This document shows positions 51,179-64,000 of a stretch of DNA of 64,000 nt, one piece after another (the first letter of the stretch is position 1; each line of letters begins with the position of its first letter). The notes beneath the pieces are model-generated. The model was not told the origin of the DNA. It did not search any database and was given only the letters and a program-made list of their open reading frames with translations. The DNA lies in assembly GCA_951406725.2 (NCBI GenBank), contig OX597822.1, positions 90,148,001 through 90,212,000 of the forward strand, given 5' to 3'. Made by a program: the position numbers and the translations under genes. The stretch comes from Octopus vulgaris. Taxonomy: Eukaryota.

Positions 51179-52417
51179 CAGAGTGCGTAAGGTATTTGAG
51201 GACATATATTAATTTTACTATTGCAGCATATTTATCAACTTAATATTTTCTATATTTCAGAATTATCAATGGCAGACCCTATGATTACACAAGAAATGAA
51301 GAGGCATGCAGTCATTGTGGCTATAAAGGTTGAACATAGCAATTTAGAAACAGCACGATTTATAAAAGTCGCTAGATCCTTCGTCTACAAAATTCACAAG
51401 GAGTTAGAGGCTAAAGACGGAAATGTATTGCCAGTATCAAAATGTAAGAAACATTGTAGACATACTGATACTATTAAAACACCAGAATTTACTCAACAAA
51501 TAAAGTAGACCATTGATGACAATCCCAGAAGATCCATGAGGTTGATTGCAAAAGAAGACCATGTGTCAGAAGGAACAATCCGAAATGTTGTCCACAAAGA
51601 CATCAGATACAAATCTTATGTGATGAGAAAAGGTCATTTCATGTCAGAAGCAGTAAAATTGCTTAATTAGATCTAAAAGACCCCTGAACAAACTTAAAAA
51701 ACCCAGCAGAGAAAGATGTCATTTGGTTCTCTTATCAGACGAAAAAAACTTTGATCGAGATCAGAATGTAAACAGAAGAAATGACAGATGGCTATGTGCA
51801 GACCCTTCGGAAGTTCCAAGAGTAACGCAAACAGAATTTCCTGCAACTGTCATGGTTTTGGGGGTTGTCAGCAATGAAAGACATGTGATGCTGCTTCACT
51901 TCTTTCCACAAGGTCTTCGAGTAAACTCTGCTGCCTACATAGATGTTCTGAATAAAGCTAAGCCATGGATCGATAATGTACACAATGGAAGACCTTACGT
52001 GTTTCAACAAGACTCAGCACCATCACTCAAGGCTACAGCAATGCGGAAAATTTTCATGACCACATAACCCCCAACATTTGGCCTCCCAGCTCTCAATCTA
52101 TTGGACTACTATGTATGGAGTGTAGTTGAGAAAAAGGTTAATGAGCACCCTCATAACACCAAAGAATCCCTAAAAGCTTCCATAGTCAGAGTAATGTCCA
52201 ATATGAACACAGACCACTTGATCCTAGCATGTAGGTGATTTAGACCTTGCATAGAAGCCGTGATTGAAGCTGAAGGAGACTTTATTGAATAAAAATGACA
52301 AAACAGTATGTTTATTCTTATCCACAAAACCTTTTCAGTAAAAAGGCATTATTGTCTGTTTTTAAGAGTCATTTTTGTGTAAGTATATAACTGTCCTCAG
52401 ATACCTTACACACCTTG
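51179..52417 (+). mobile_element. Tc1/mariner superfamily transposon (maT/DD37D-like), defective, both TIRs present
   Basis: TIR CAGAGTGCGTAAGGTATTTGAGGACA / TGTCCTCAGATACCTTACACACCTTG with TA flanks; SDEKNF, VMVLGVVS, FQQDSAP, WPPSS, LDYYVW. Confidence 0.9.
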
Positions 52418-53074
52418 TATATATGCATGCACATATACTAGTTAGAAACATATGACCATAAAAAGATTGGGTATTTGAGTTGTTGATAAAAGACACTATG
52501 ATAAGCTCACAATAGTTCTTATATAAGTTTTATCATAAATCTGCAAAGTTGAATGCATGTGAGTGGAACTGGTTACTCATCTCCATAGAGATATCTGAGT
52601 TACCAATAAAATCTGAATTGATGATTTCATAATAGGTTTATGAAATCATTGGCTGCTGTCCATTACTACCACATCTATGTAACTACCACAACCACAAACA
52701 CTGTGACTACTGTTATTTTAGCTATGTTGACCAGTATACTGCAAGTTGATAGTCTATTAGCTCTACCACTCTGAGATGAGTTGCACTGCACAACAATCAC
52801 TCCCTAAAATTCCAGCTGGTTCACCCCTTTACAATAAATATTTCTTAACAGTGTCACTTATTAATATAGCATCTGCTTTAAAACTGCTGATTAATCTGAA
52901 AGGTGATGAAATAGGTACATCTGTTGACACCAGTCTGAGTTGATGGACAAGCTGACACACAATTTGATTGGCTTGAGCAGTAATGATATAGGCAACAATG
53001 TTAATGTCAGTCTGTCTGGGATATTGTATGGTTGTTTACCAATGCAAACTGGTTATTTATGGATATATGTTTGA

Positions 53075-53438
53075 GTCTCTCTTTTACTTGTTTCAGTCAT
53101 TTGACTACGGCCATGCTGGAGCACTGCCTTTAATCGAGCAACTCGACCCCGGGACTTATTCTTTTGTAAGCCCAGTACTTATTCTATCGGTCTCTTTTGC
53201 AATGCTAGGGGGACAAACACAGACACACACACGCATATATGCATATATATATATATATACATATATACATATATACGACGGGCTTCTTTCAGTTTCCGTC
53301 TACCAAATCCACTCACAAGGCTTTGGTCGGCCCGAGGCTATAGTAGAAGACACTTGCCCAAGGTGCCACGCAGTGGGACTGAACACGGAACCATGTGATT
53401 GGTAAACAAGCTACTTACTACACAGCCACTCCTGCGCC
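53075..53438 (-). mobile_element. tRNA-derived SINE (internal deletion)
   Basis: Family match. Confidence 0.9.
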
Positions 53439-55329
53439 TACAAATGTCACAAATATATCACAAAACATTCACTAAAACGTGAATGGGATCCAGTTTCCTC
53501 TTAGACCAAAGCTCATGAAACCACATGTCAATTTTAGTGCCGTAGATATTTTCAAGTTTAAGGATTTGTCCATTTGAAAGCGTTTTAACCGTGAATAGTG
53601 TTGGTGACAAACTGTTAGCCTCTTAGTTGTCCAAGACTGGATTGTCCACTGACATGAAGTGCCACGTTGGGCCCCCTAGTAATCATGAGTTTCATTAGGG
53701 ATCACAAAATTCACTGAATACACAAGGTGTTCGCTGACTACTGACTGTTACATACACACATACACAATTATATTACCAATTATAAAAATAAAATTGTTTT
53801 AATTCAGTATTTTTTTTTTTACCCATGTAAATACCATTGCTGACATCCTCTCTAATCGGCACTGCTAATGACTCCCTCAGTCATTATGCCCTCCAACAAA
53901 AATTACACATTCGCTTTCGTACTTTAAACTATTTTTACAACATCTGCTAAACTATACTTTACATCACTACTTCATCACAAAATGTACAGACTGTGCTTAT
54001 ATGAAATCTGATCAATGAATGACTGTAGCTATGTGGGTTAGCTCCCTGAAGTCAGCACCGACTAATCACCTTTTTCACTGCCTCTCTTAGAAACTGAAGA
54101 AAATGATGTACTCCAGACAAAAGTAGCGTGTGCATAGACAACGGCAAACAAGATAATTTTGTCATTAATATAATATAAAGTAGGTTGAAACGGTATTTGT
54201 CAAAAAAATTTAAGAAAGCAATTTAATTTTGTTGTTAAACAATTTAAAGTTATGATCAACAATTGGTTAGTGATAAAGTACAGTTCCTGGTTCAATTTCA
54301 CCTTGGATCTTGTTAATGCACAATGCTTTTATTTCAAACAACATGAATTTAAGTGTTCCACTTCAGCAGGCCTCCATAGGCTGCTGCTGCTGCGAGTTCT
54401 ACAGACGGCAACAGGCAATATTCTACTTTCACTGGTACCTATCAGCCGTGTGGGTTAGTTTATCAGACTCCGCATGCTACAAGAGGTTTGCCTGACATTT
54501 ACAAAGACAATAAGATACGAATATTTCCAAATCTTACATTCGCCTTTTTAGAAATTAAACCTTATTGATTGCATCTATGTTGGAATAAAAGAAAGATAGT
54601 TACAATGGCAGATTGAAAAAACTTCTTTCGTAATAATATTTCTTGTGAGAGCCATCTCCGAGTGTATACGTGTGTGGAAATGTTTTTATAAGGGCTTAGT
54701 ATATTATTTGTCGTTTAAAAATAGGTAAAGCTATGTGAAGAGAATTTACAACAGATGGCCACATACAAATCGACCACGTAAATAAAATGTTTCTTTTGGG
54801 TTTTTAGAGCTTCAAAAAGTTGGCTGTTATAACATTTATATATAATATTATGTCGTTATACATCACTAACAGAAAATTTAGGTTATATACGTGAACTTTA
54901 TAAGATGAAGGTGGGGCGGAGGATAAACCCCGATAGCTGCTTGTATCCCGAATACCTAGAGTATCTTAAACTACTTTCCATTAAGAAAATATTTCTTTAA
55001 TTAAAATTCTTATATGAATATTCAACGTCTACCTAGAACCTGAATAATTCATAATATATTTGACAATGTGTGATATTTAGGGTGTATCGGAATTGCCTAA
55101 TATTTTATCATTGTGGAAAGAAATTATACAACTATTGTTGATATTACAACTGCGACTTAGAAAATTATGACGAATATTCGAGTTAAAAAAAAGGAAATGA
55201 CGGTAAATATAGTTATAAAGATATGTAGAGAAAATGTGGTAGAAAATGAGAGAGAGAGAATGTGATGAAGGTAGGAAAAGGCAGGGAAGAAAGGAAGATG
55301 AAAGTGAAATAAAAGCAGATGAGATCAAA

Positions 55330-55381
55330 GAGATAAGGAGTGTCGATGAGAAGTTGAGATAAGGAGTGTCGATGAGTAGTT
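55330..55381. repeat. 26-bp tandem duplication in Rnd intron 1
   Basis: GAGATAAGGAGTGTCGATGAGWAGTT x2. Confidence 0.85.
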
Positions 55382-55441
55382 GAGTGACAAAACAAAAAAA
55401 AAAAAAGAGAGTGGGTGAGAGAGCAGGAATGTATGACTTAC

Positions 55442-55552
55442 CTCTAAAAAGGCTCCATTGACATATCGATGAATCAAAGAAGTTTTGCCACAAGCACAGT
55501 CGCCGACAATGACCAACTTGGATCGTACACATGTCCCATTGATTGGATTCAT
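55442..55552 (-). CDS. Rnd-like GTPase exon 1: MNPINGTCVRSKLVIVGDCACGKTSLIHRYVNGAFLE
   Basis: ATG at 55552; P-loop GDCACGKT; donor GAG|GTAAGT; 111 nt. Confidence 0.92.
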
Positions 55553-56903
55553 ATTCAAAACCACACACCACCAACGATTTCAACTTTCACACTAACATTC
55601 GCATAAGTTGTACCAGAAATAACAGTGCGAATGATTTTATCAGCTTTCAAAATTGGCCTTGTGCCTAATTAGAAAAAAAATTACTTATACAACTATTATT
55701 ATTATTATTATTATTACTACTACAGTATTGTTCTTGTCAATGCAGCTATAAGTTTGTTTTATTAAAATAAGTGTTCAAGTTATGGACTGGAACTAAATAT
55801 AGTTAGATAAATGAAACAAATATACGGCAGCAAGTTTGCCATCTATTGAAGAAATCCAGTTCACTGCCAGTAATAATGTTCATAAAAAATTTTGTCTATT
55901 TGATGAAATCATTTTTCTTGACTTATTCCGAAAACAATAAAAATTTGTCAGTGTCAGAATGTAATACATTTCATGAAGTTACCAATGTATACTTGAAATA
56001 AGTAAAAAATAAATTACAATCAACTTCGTGGAGTAAGACAAGACGTACCAGGACGATAATCTAGAGAGACACACACACACAAATATATATATATATAAAT
56101 ATATATAAATATAGAGAGAGAGAGAGAAAGAGAGAGAGAGAGCGTAGAGTTTATAGCCTAAAGAATATCAATTAAGAAATACGTGTGTACAGATCACAGC
56201 ACATGAGATACATGTAATGTAATAGTGGTAAATGAAGTTAAAATCCAATACTAGAAAATAACAACATAAATGGCTAAATTAAGACAGAAGTAGAATTACG
56301 ATTTTTCTCTTCTGAAAGTTTCCAGAATGTATCTCAAAGCTGAGATACTTTTTTTTGATAATTTCGTTATTCCTCGGTAAATAATTTACAAACGATACGT
56401 AAACTTCATTGCAGTGACAGAGCGTAAATTGAGGCCGAGACGTTTGGTGGGTGAGGTTTGTGCAAAATTATAAATAAAATTGATGTAAGCACCCCGAGAA
56501 CACGCTAGCTTACATGGCAGGATATATTTCATGTTAGATTGCCTGTTCATCGCGGAGGATCATTGCAGAAGACTCGTCTACGTTACAGCTGTTGGGCCGA
56601 TAACGTCTCACGTTTCTCTGACAAACAACACACCGTAGAAAAGCATAAGCATGTGTAGATGCTGTAATTGTTCACTCATTCCGGAACTACATTCAAGCAA
56701 ATGTATGTTTTTAAGTTAACATATTTCTTCTTTCCACTTTACTGTTGCTTGCCTAAGACGTTGTCGTTGCCTTCTATTTTCATTCTTCTTCTCAAGTAGC
56801 CTTGACTCCTCGCCATTCCAACAAGCAGTCTCTTTCCGGGATGCAAAATACCAGACTTTCTACAACTACAGACCAAACAGCTAATCAAAGGCTACTATTT
56901 TCG

Positions 56904-56911
56904 TGACGTCA
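56904..56911. promoter_or_regulatory. Perfect CRE palindrome TGACGTCA in the CpG-richer region upstream of the Rnd-like gene
   Basis: Exact motif about 1.35 kb upstream of the ATG. Function not shown. Confidence 0.35.
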
Positions 56912-57499
56912 TAGTCATTCAGTCACTTTTTTTCTTCGTCTTTCTAGGCATATCTTACATTCACACTTGCAGCTCACCTCATGTCATCTTAGCTGTGAGG
57001 GGACCTCTATACGGTCACATGAGCGGCTAGAAAGAGCAGCCAAATTCCCCTCAAATCAAACACTACCGTTTTTAAAACAATATGTTAGACAATTTGCTGC
57101 CAAGTTTCTTGCAAAAAAAAAAGTGGGGGCGGGGTGTCTTTGTGGACAATAACAGTAGTACCCTCTAACAGCAAAAATTGGAAATAATTTTGTCATACAG
57201 ATCAGCTATACCTTCAGTTTATTACCTTTTTAGCTTTTGACATCTCTTCCCCCACTGCAATTTGTTTCCAGTATTAAGTGGATGAGGTAAAAGTCTCTCC
57301 TTTGGTTAGAACATCATAGGTAGCTTCTCCTGTGAGAGGAATTTAGTGACAATCAACACACATGTAATGTGTAGTTAAGATGTTCATTCAAGCAAAAACC
57401 ATTTGTCACTTCTAAGTAAAGGCTTACACCAGTGGTCCCCAAAACGTTTTGCACTGCAGACTCATTTCATGCAAACATTTGTCCACTGCAGAAACTAGG

Positions 57500-59256
57500 G
57501 ATAGACAAGTAGTTAATGAGCTGTACAGGGATACTGTCAGTAAGGTAACATTTGGAAATAAGTACAGTGAAGAATTCTGGGTAGGGGTCCACCAAAGATC
57601 AGTCCCCTCTTATTCATCATACTCCTCCAGGCAGTAACAGATGAATTCAAGACAAGCTGCCCCGGGAGCTCTTCTAAGCTGATGACCTTGCTCTCATAGC
57701 TGAATCACTACCAGAACTAGAGAAGAAATGTCAGGTGTGGAAGCAAGGTTTAGAATCGAAGGGCCTTTGAGTCAATGTTGCAAAAACCAAAGTCCTAGTA
57801 AGTAGGATGGTAAACAAATCACAAACCCCTTCAGTTAGATGGCCCTGCTCAATCTATAGAAAAGGTGTAGGTAGAAACTCCATAAGATGTACCCAGTGTA
57901 AACTATGGAGGCATAAGAGGTGCAACAACATCAAAGGAAGGTTAAACAGGATGATAGCTTTTGTGTGTGGCAGATGCACAGGAGCAATAAATACCGAAGA
58001 TGCTCAGAAAACAGATTTCATCGCATACCAAAGGGAGAAACTAGAAGTAGTTGATAGCTTCCACTACCTAGATGACCAAGTCTATAGTGGGTGTGGATGC
58101 TCTGAGAGTGTTGCCACTAGAATAAGAATAGCCTGGGCAAAGTTCAGAGAGCTCCTACCTCTGCTGGTGACAAAAGGCTTCTCACTCAGAGTGAAAGGTA
58201 GACTGTATGATGCATGTATGCATACTGCCATACTACACGGCAGTGAAACATGGGGCATGACTGTTGAGGACATACATAGGCTTGAAAGAAATGAAGCTTG
58301 TATGATCCACTGGATGTGTAATGTCAGTGTGCATGCATGACAGAGTGTAAGCACCCTGAGAGAAATGTTGGACATATGAAGTATCAGTTGTGGTGTGCAA
58401 GAAAAACAACTGCGCTAGTATGGTCATGTGCTGTGTATGGATGAGGAGAGCTGTGTGAAGAAGTGTCATACCCTAACAGTGGAAGGAACCCGTGGAAGAG
58501 GGAGACCCAGGAAGACATGGGATGAGGTGGTGATGCATGACCTTCAAACATTGGGCCTCACAGAGGCAATGACAAGAGACTAAGACCTCTGGAGATATGC
58601 TGTGATTGATAAAACGTGGCAAGTAAAGAGAAATCACAGCTGTAGCTTATACTAGTGTCGCATAACCAGCCCATTTAAGAAGTACTGTGGTGTTGGCAGT
58701 CGGTGTTATGGGATGTGATGAGCTTGTGGTGCCGGTGGAGAGGATGACAAATGAGGTGGGTGGAAGTAGGGCTTGCAGGGGCCGGGCGGAAGACTGCAGG
58801 GTGCATGCGCGGCAGGAAGCGGTCAAGCGGGATGCAAGTGTGGTCATTGACGAAGCGGGCAGTTCGAGCATAGACGAGGAAGCGACAGGACATGTTGAAT
58901 TCGTAAGAGACCTCTGATCTTTGCCGAGGTAAGGCCCTTTTTGTATTTCTTTCTCCCGTCGCTTCTCCTTCTGTTGTCCTCTTCATCCATCACACTACAA
59001 GTACCTTTAAATCATCGGGCAACATGCCATGCTTAAGAAGACCTATTGAGTCAAGTAAAATCAAAAACCAAAATCAAAATCACAATCAGAATCTCAAACA
59101 AATCAAAATGGAAATTGTAGTTGTGGCTGATGCCAGTGCCACCTGACTGGCTCCTGTGCTGGTGGCACGCAATAAGCACCATTCATGTGTGGGTCATTGC
59201 CAGTGCCGCCTGACTGGCTCCCTGTGCTGGTGGCATGTAAAAGGCACCATCCGAAC
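57500..59256 (+). mobile_element. Older RTE LINE copy (RT to 3' UTR array) interrupted by a solo LTR
   Basis: VGVHQRSV, WPCSI.RKGVGRNSIRC, LHGSETW, GRGRPRKTW; many stop codons. Confidence 0.9.
58686..58999. mobile_element. Solo LTR (314 bp)
   Basis: TGTGGTG..CACTACA termini; 5-bp TSD AGTAC (58681-58685 and 59000-59004); GC/CpG-rich. Confidence 0.88.
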
Positions 59257-59454
59257 ATGCTGATATGCATCTGGGAGGAATTCTCTTATCGCATTGATGT
59301 TGCCCATGCTGCAGGTGTTGGCCACATTGAACACTTGTAAGACAGGAAATAAAAGTTGATTGTGAGTAAATACTTGTGACTTAGCTGGAGCTTTCTATTG
59401 CTTTTCCTTATTAAAATATTGTGAAATGAAATTGGTTCATTCTTTTTGAATAAC

Positions 59455-59456
59455 CT

Positions 59457-59500
<44 letters not shown>

Positions 59501-59730
59501 CATACATATATACATATGTATATCTGTGTGTGTTTTTGTGTCCGTGTTTGTCCCCCAATCACTGATTGACAACCAGTGTTACTTCCCCATAACTTAGTGG
59601 TTCAGCAAAAGAGACCAATAGAATAAGTACTCAGCTTAAAAAATAAGTCCCAGTTGTCAATTTGTTTGACTAAAAGCCCTCAAGGTGGTGCTCCAGCATG
59701 GCCACTGTAAAATTAATGAGACCAGTAAAA
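59455..59730 (+). mobile_element. tRNA-SINE 3' half
   Basis: Family match. Confidence 0.75.
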
Positions 59731-59739
59731 AAATATATT

Positions 59740-61320
59740 CGGGTGTTCAGAAAGTAATTACATTTTACCAGAAAGGATATAAAATCAAATGTAAACTACA
59801 TTTATCTGAATAGTTTTAATCAAGAACCTAATCACTATTGTTTTCAATGACTACTGCCCCAATGGGAAAGTAACTTTTTTATGCCACATTCAATGAAACC
59901 TATTTCTCTTCTAGAAAAAAGTCTAAAAGACTGTTTTCAACTTCCTCTCTGTTTCTGAATGTTTAACCTCTTATAAAATGTTCTAGTGATTAGAACAGAT
60001 GGAAATCTCTAAGTGCCAAGTCAGATAAGTATGGAGGATGTGGAAGAACTTCTGCATCCTAACGATCTTATTTTTTCTTGGGTTTGCTTTGAAGACTGTG
60101 GCCATGCATTGTCATGCTGGAGAATAACACCTTTCTGTTTACCAAAGCTGGCCACATTTGACATAATTTTTCATTTATATGATCAAATTACTGGCAACAG
60201 ACATCTACATTGATGGTTTTTCAATGTTCCAGTAGCTCATAACGGATGATACTTTTTATGTTCCACCAAACACAGAGCAAGGATTTTTGTGGATGGAATT
60301 CTGGTTTTGGTGTTGGCACTGGTCTCTCATTATGTGATAACCATTGTCTTTTTCATTTTCTGTTGTGATGCAAAACCCATTTTTTATTACCTGTAACTAT
60401 GTGCTGCAGAAATGACAAGTTGTTATTCCTGGTTAGAAGACTGCTGTAGATGGGAGAACGGTAAGTTTGGTTCTCAAGCTTAAGCTCATGTGGAACCCAA
60501 ATTCCCTCTTTGCATGTTTTCCCAATTTACTCAAGATGTTTGTGGATAGTTGAATATGACACATTAAATTTTTGCACCAAATCTCCGGTGCTTTGACATG
60601 AATCTGGTACAATAGTTTTTTTCTATTGCAACATAGTTACTTGTCTCCAATTATTGTAGTATCACCACTATTTATGACAATACTTGTTTACACTATAACC
60701 GTGTAGTAACAATAAACATATATAATGAAGCAGGGTAACAACAATGTAGCAATCCAACAAACTCTCCACGAACTATACATGAACCAACAAATAATATTCC
60801 AACAAACTACCAAAACAACACCTTACCACTTCCTGTGATTAACACCTGCTCTGTCTGTTTCTCCCTCAGATCGCTACTATTTATAGTCGTTCGGTCAAGT
60901 CTATTCTTGCAAGGAGTGTCATGACTCTCACCACAATATATTCAAAAGGTTGTCAATCAGAATGGGTTGTCTTCCAGACTGAGGCTCATCGGATATGTCA
61001 GAATCACCATCTTTAAACCTTTTAAACCACAGCTGACATGTACAAGCTTTCATTGTGTCTGGATACACTTCACAAATGTTTTTCATTGCTACTGTAGTGG
61101 TACTATTCTTTCAAAACTTATACAATAAGCAATGGCAAATAAGTTATTTCATAAAGTTCTTATCTTCCATGAGGTTAATTACTGAAGTAATTATGAATAA
61201 CATACTGCTGGATAGAAGAGATGATATGCTATTTCTAGACAGTTCCCTGCCCATTCGACCTTGGATCTGAATTAATTTAATCACAAATCATAATGGAAAA
61301 CTTTTGTTATACCCCTACTT
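59740..61320 (-). mobile_element. Mariner transposon remnant with an internal insertion
   Basis: KNICEVY..QLWFKRFKDGD..SGRQP; WVPHEL; VTGNKKW; LQHDNAWP; HPPYLSDLALRDFHLF. Confidence 0.82.
60655..60935. mobile_element. Possible solo LTR nested in the mariner
   Basis: TGTAGT..CACCACA termini interrupting the transposase. TSD not clean. Confidence 0.45.
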
Positions 61321-62189
61321 GAAATTTGGTGGAGGGTGTCCTAAAATAACACTGCACACCTCACAGCACATTGTATCATGATATGGTATCAAGCATATCA
61401 TAGGATAATGGGAGAATGGCAAAAAATTAATGGTGAAGGGTGTGTGACAGCTTTGACAGCACAGTTGCATGTTCTTTTTCATAGCAAGAAGTTGTATGTT
61501 TAAATTAATTTAAAATTCCTAAACTAAAACTAATTTTTAAAAAAAATTTTTCTTACAATATCATCATATAACTTTGATCTTAATTTGTTTTCAAAACTAA
61601 TAATACACTTTTAGAAGTCAGAAACAAAACTTAAGTCAGGTCAAATTCTGGCTCTGTTAGTGCACCAAACACTCCAAGCTTGGGAAGTATCATTTGTTTT
61701 GTTGTTAGTCGCTGAAAATGGTTTCATGTGAAAGGTTGTGCATTGATATTTTGCTCAGTAAATTTTGTGATTTTCTTAGTTGTGTGCTTAGGGATTTTAT
61801 TTAAAATTTAATTAGTGTTGATCTTAAATGATTTTACAGTTGCGGAAATATGCGCTTTTAATTTAATTTTCAGTGATTATATACTGATTAGTAACAAAAT
61901 TCTACAATGAGGTTATCAAACATTTTACATCATTTTACAAACATTCTGTTGTAGCACACCCAATGACAACAACCACCGTACGCCACTGGCTCTGACATGA
62001 ATATATATATATATATATATATACATATCGTATGTGTGTGTGTATATAGTTATATATCTATATTTAGGAAATGAAGCTAGTAAAATCCAGGCTACATATG
62101 TTTCCTAGCTAGCAGAACCTCAGAATTTGTAATTACTCACTGAGGGGTGTTCCACTAGCTGCTCATCACACCAAAGATACCGTAGTTAA

Positions 62190-62950
62190 ATGAAGGTTAC
62201 ATTGTCATCAAGAAATCCCGAATTAACTCACAGGAGATTTGATCAAAAAATTAGTGGAAAGCATGGAGTGAGAGAACACCATAATACCCTATCCTACTTA
62301 ACAAAGCCCTCATATTTGCACAGAAACCTTCTAAACTTACTCAAGATGATATTGATATTATCCTGGGAGCTCATCAAACTATTATAAAATTCAATGGAAA
62401 ATTCTGGGCCTATAAAGACACCTCTAACTATTTCAACATCCCAATGGGGGTAAGCGACTCAGCCTAAGTTACCAACCTTGCTCCATGGTCTCACATTTCT
62501 GGTGGTCTATATAGGAATAATGCTCTGTTTACCATCCAGAACTCTAGTAGCCATAAAATAGAACAACATAAGAAAAGAATCAGATATTTTTTTTTTTAAT
62601 TTGGGCCTTAGCGTCTCTTTCATTTACAGTATTAAAACAGTTAATTTCTTAGATGTCACTCTAGATTTACAAAACAACACATTCTACATCTACCATAAAC
62701 CCAGTGAGGACCTTAACTACATTAACTTTTCCTACAATAACCCCACCCTCTGTCTTAAAATCCATTGTGGACAGTGTATCTTACAGGGTCTCATCGCTAT
62801 CCACCAATAAAGAAATATTCAAGCAATATGCTGAATATAATAACTGTGTCCTACAACGTGCCAATTATGAGAATCCAATCAAATACATCCCTACATGGAG
62901 CAAACCGTATAGCAGTTATAGCAACAAATGTGATCTATACATCACCGATG
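62190..62950 (+). mobile_element. Naiad-like Penelope RT fragment
   Basis: FNIPMG, GGLYRNNAL, VNFLDVTLDL..YHKP, RVSSLSTNKEIF. Confidence 0.8.
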
Positions 62951-63119
62951 TCTTTTCTATTATGCAATCCACTAAATGTCTGAATGAATGAAACTATCTA
63001 ATTTTTAATTGTAAATGTTGATTATGTACAAATAATAGCGCCCCCATCCCACTATTATTCTCTAACTTCTATGTTCTTCTATGTATTTATAACAGACTAC
63101 TTTTTAACTACCTTTATCT

Positions 63120-63536
63120 CTCTTTCTCTCTTTTACTCTCTTTTACTTGTCTCAGTCATTTGACTGTGGCCATGCTGGAGCACCGCCTTTTAGTCGAGCA
63201 AATCGACCCCCGGGACTTATTCTTTGTAAGCCCAGTACTTATTCTATCGGTCTCTTTTTGCCGAACCACTAAGTGATGGGGTCGTAAACACACCAGCATC
63301 GGTTGTCAAGCAATGCTAGGGGGACAAACACAGACACACAAACACACACACACACATATATATACATATATACGACAGGCTTCTTTCAGTTTCCGTCTAC
63401 CAAATCCACTCACAAGGCATTGGTCGGCCCGGGGCTATAGCAGAAGACAATTGCCCAAGATGCCACGCAGTGGGACTGAACCCGGAACCATGTCGTTGAT
63501 TAGCAAGCTACTTACCACACAGCCACTCCTGCGCCT
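63120..63536 (-). mobile_element. tRNA-derived SINE
   Basis: Full-length family match. Confidence 0.9.
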
Positions 63537-64000
63537 ATATTTTATATTTTATATTTTTTCTTAACTGCTTGAACTCCCTATATCTTCCTTCTGCAAATGA
63601 GCATATGCAGATGTCTACGCAAGTGTGCACACCTACAAGATACTACAGGAACACAAAGAAAATATGTGCATGTCTGCTAATATGTGCTTGTATAGCTTTA
63701 CTGTTAAATGATAAACTACCAGTTTACCTGGAACTTCTATGTTCCCCTATTGACCAGAAACATTACCTCCCACCTCCCTTTCTTTCACCCTCTCTTCTAA
63801 CAAATTACTACCACTCCTAAATTTTCTCTTTCTCTTCTCCTCTGGGCATTCTTATCTCTAAGATTCTTCCCTTTTATTTTCTTTGATTCTGTTTAAATGT
63901 ATATATACCAGTGCGACTATATAATTATTTATTTATTTATTTACAGCTGACATAGTAAATGAATCCATCCTATATTCACAAAGACCTTCCTCTAGCCAGC

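Noticed and set aside
52620-52650. 12-bp AT-rich hairpin (similar one at 46142-46170)
   Set aside because: Expected by chance or slippage in AT-rich DNA; no other support.
55077-55441. Hydrophobic extension of the Rho ORF
   Set aside because: Read-through past the GTAAGT donor into a pyrimidine-rich intron.

Overview
AT-rich, repeat-dense animal genomic DNA. The SINE/LINE families and (TA)n/(CAT)n microsatellites look like an octopus or other cephalopod; this is an inference. Two host genes can be built, both on the minus strand. (1) A complete 5-exon, 230-aa Rnd/RhoE-like atypical Rho GTPase (55552-30048) with non-canonical catalytic and effector motifs and a CVVM CaaX box; the ORF track shows only its first exon. 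(2) The first coding exon of a polypeptide GalNAc-transferase (17414-17098), whose intron runs off the left edge of the window. The rest is mostly transposon debris: young and old RTE LINEs with structured tandem arrays in their 3' UTR, two kinds of Penelope-like elements (a Naiad-like type with Asn-rich inserts and a Neptune-like type), tRNA-derived SINEs, Tc1/mariner remnants, MITEs, a Gypsy remnant with a tRNA-Leu PBS, and solo LTRs. The most notable signals are several type I hammerhead-ribozyme motifs (some with long stem II inserts), the repeated two-hairpin module in the RTE 3' UTR, a compound MITE palindrome, and several microhomology-mediated inversions. Repeat boundaries are approximate unless a TSD or TIR is quoted.
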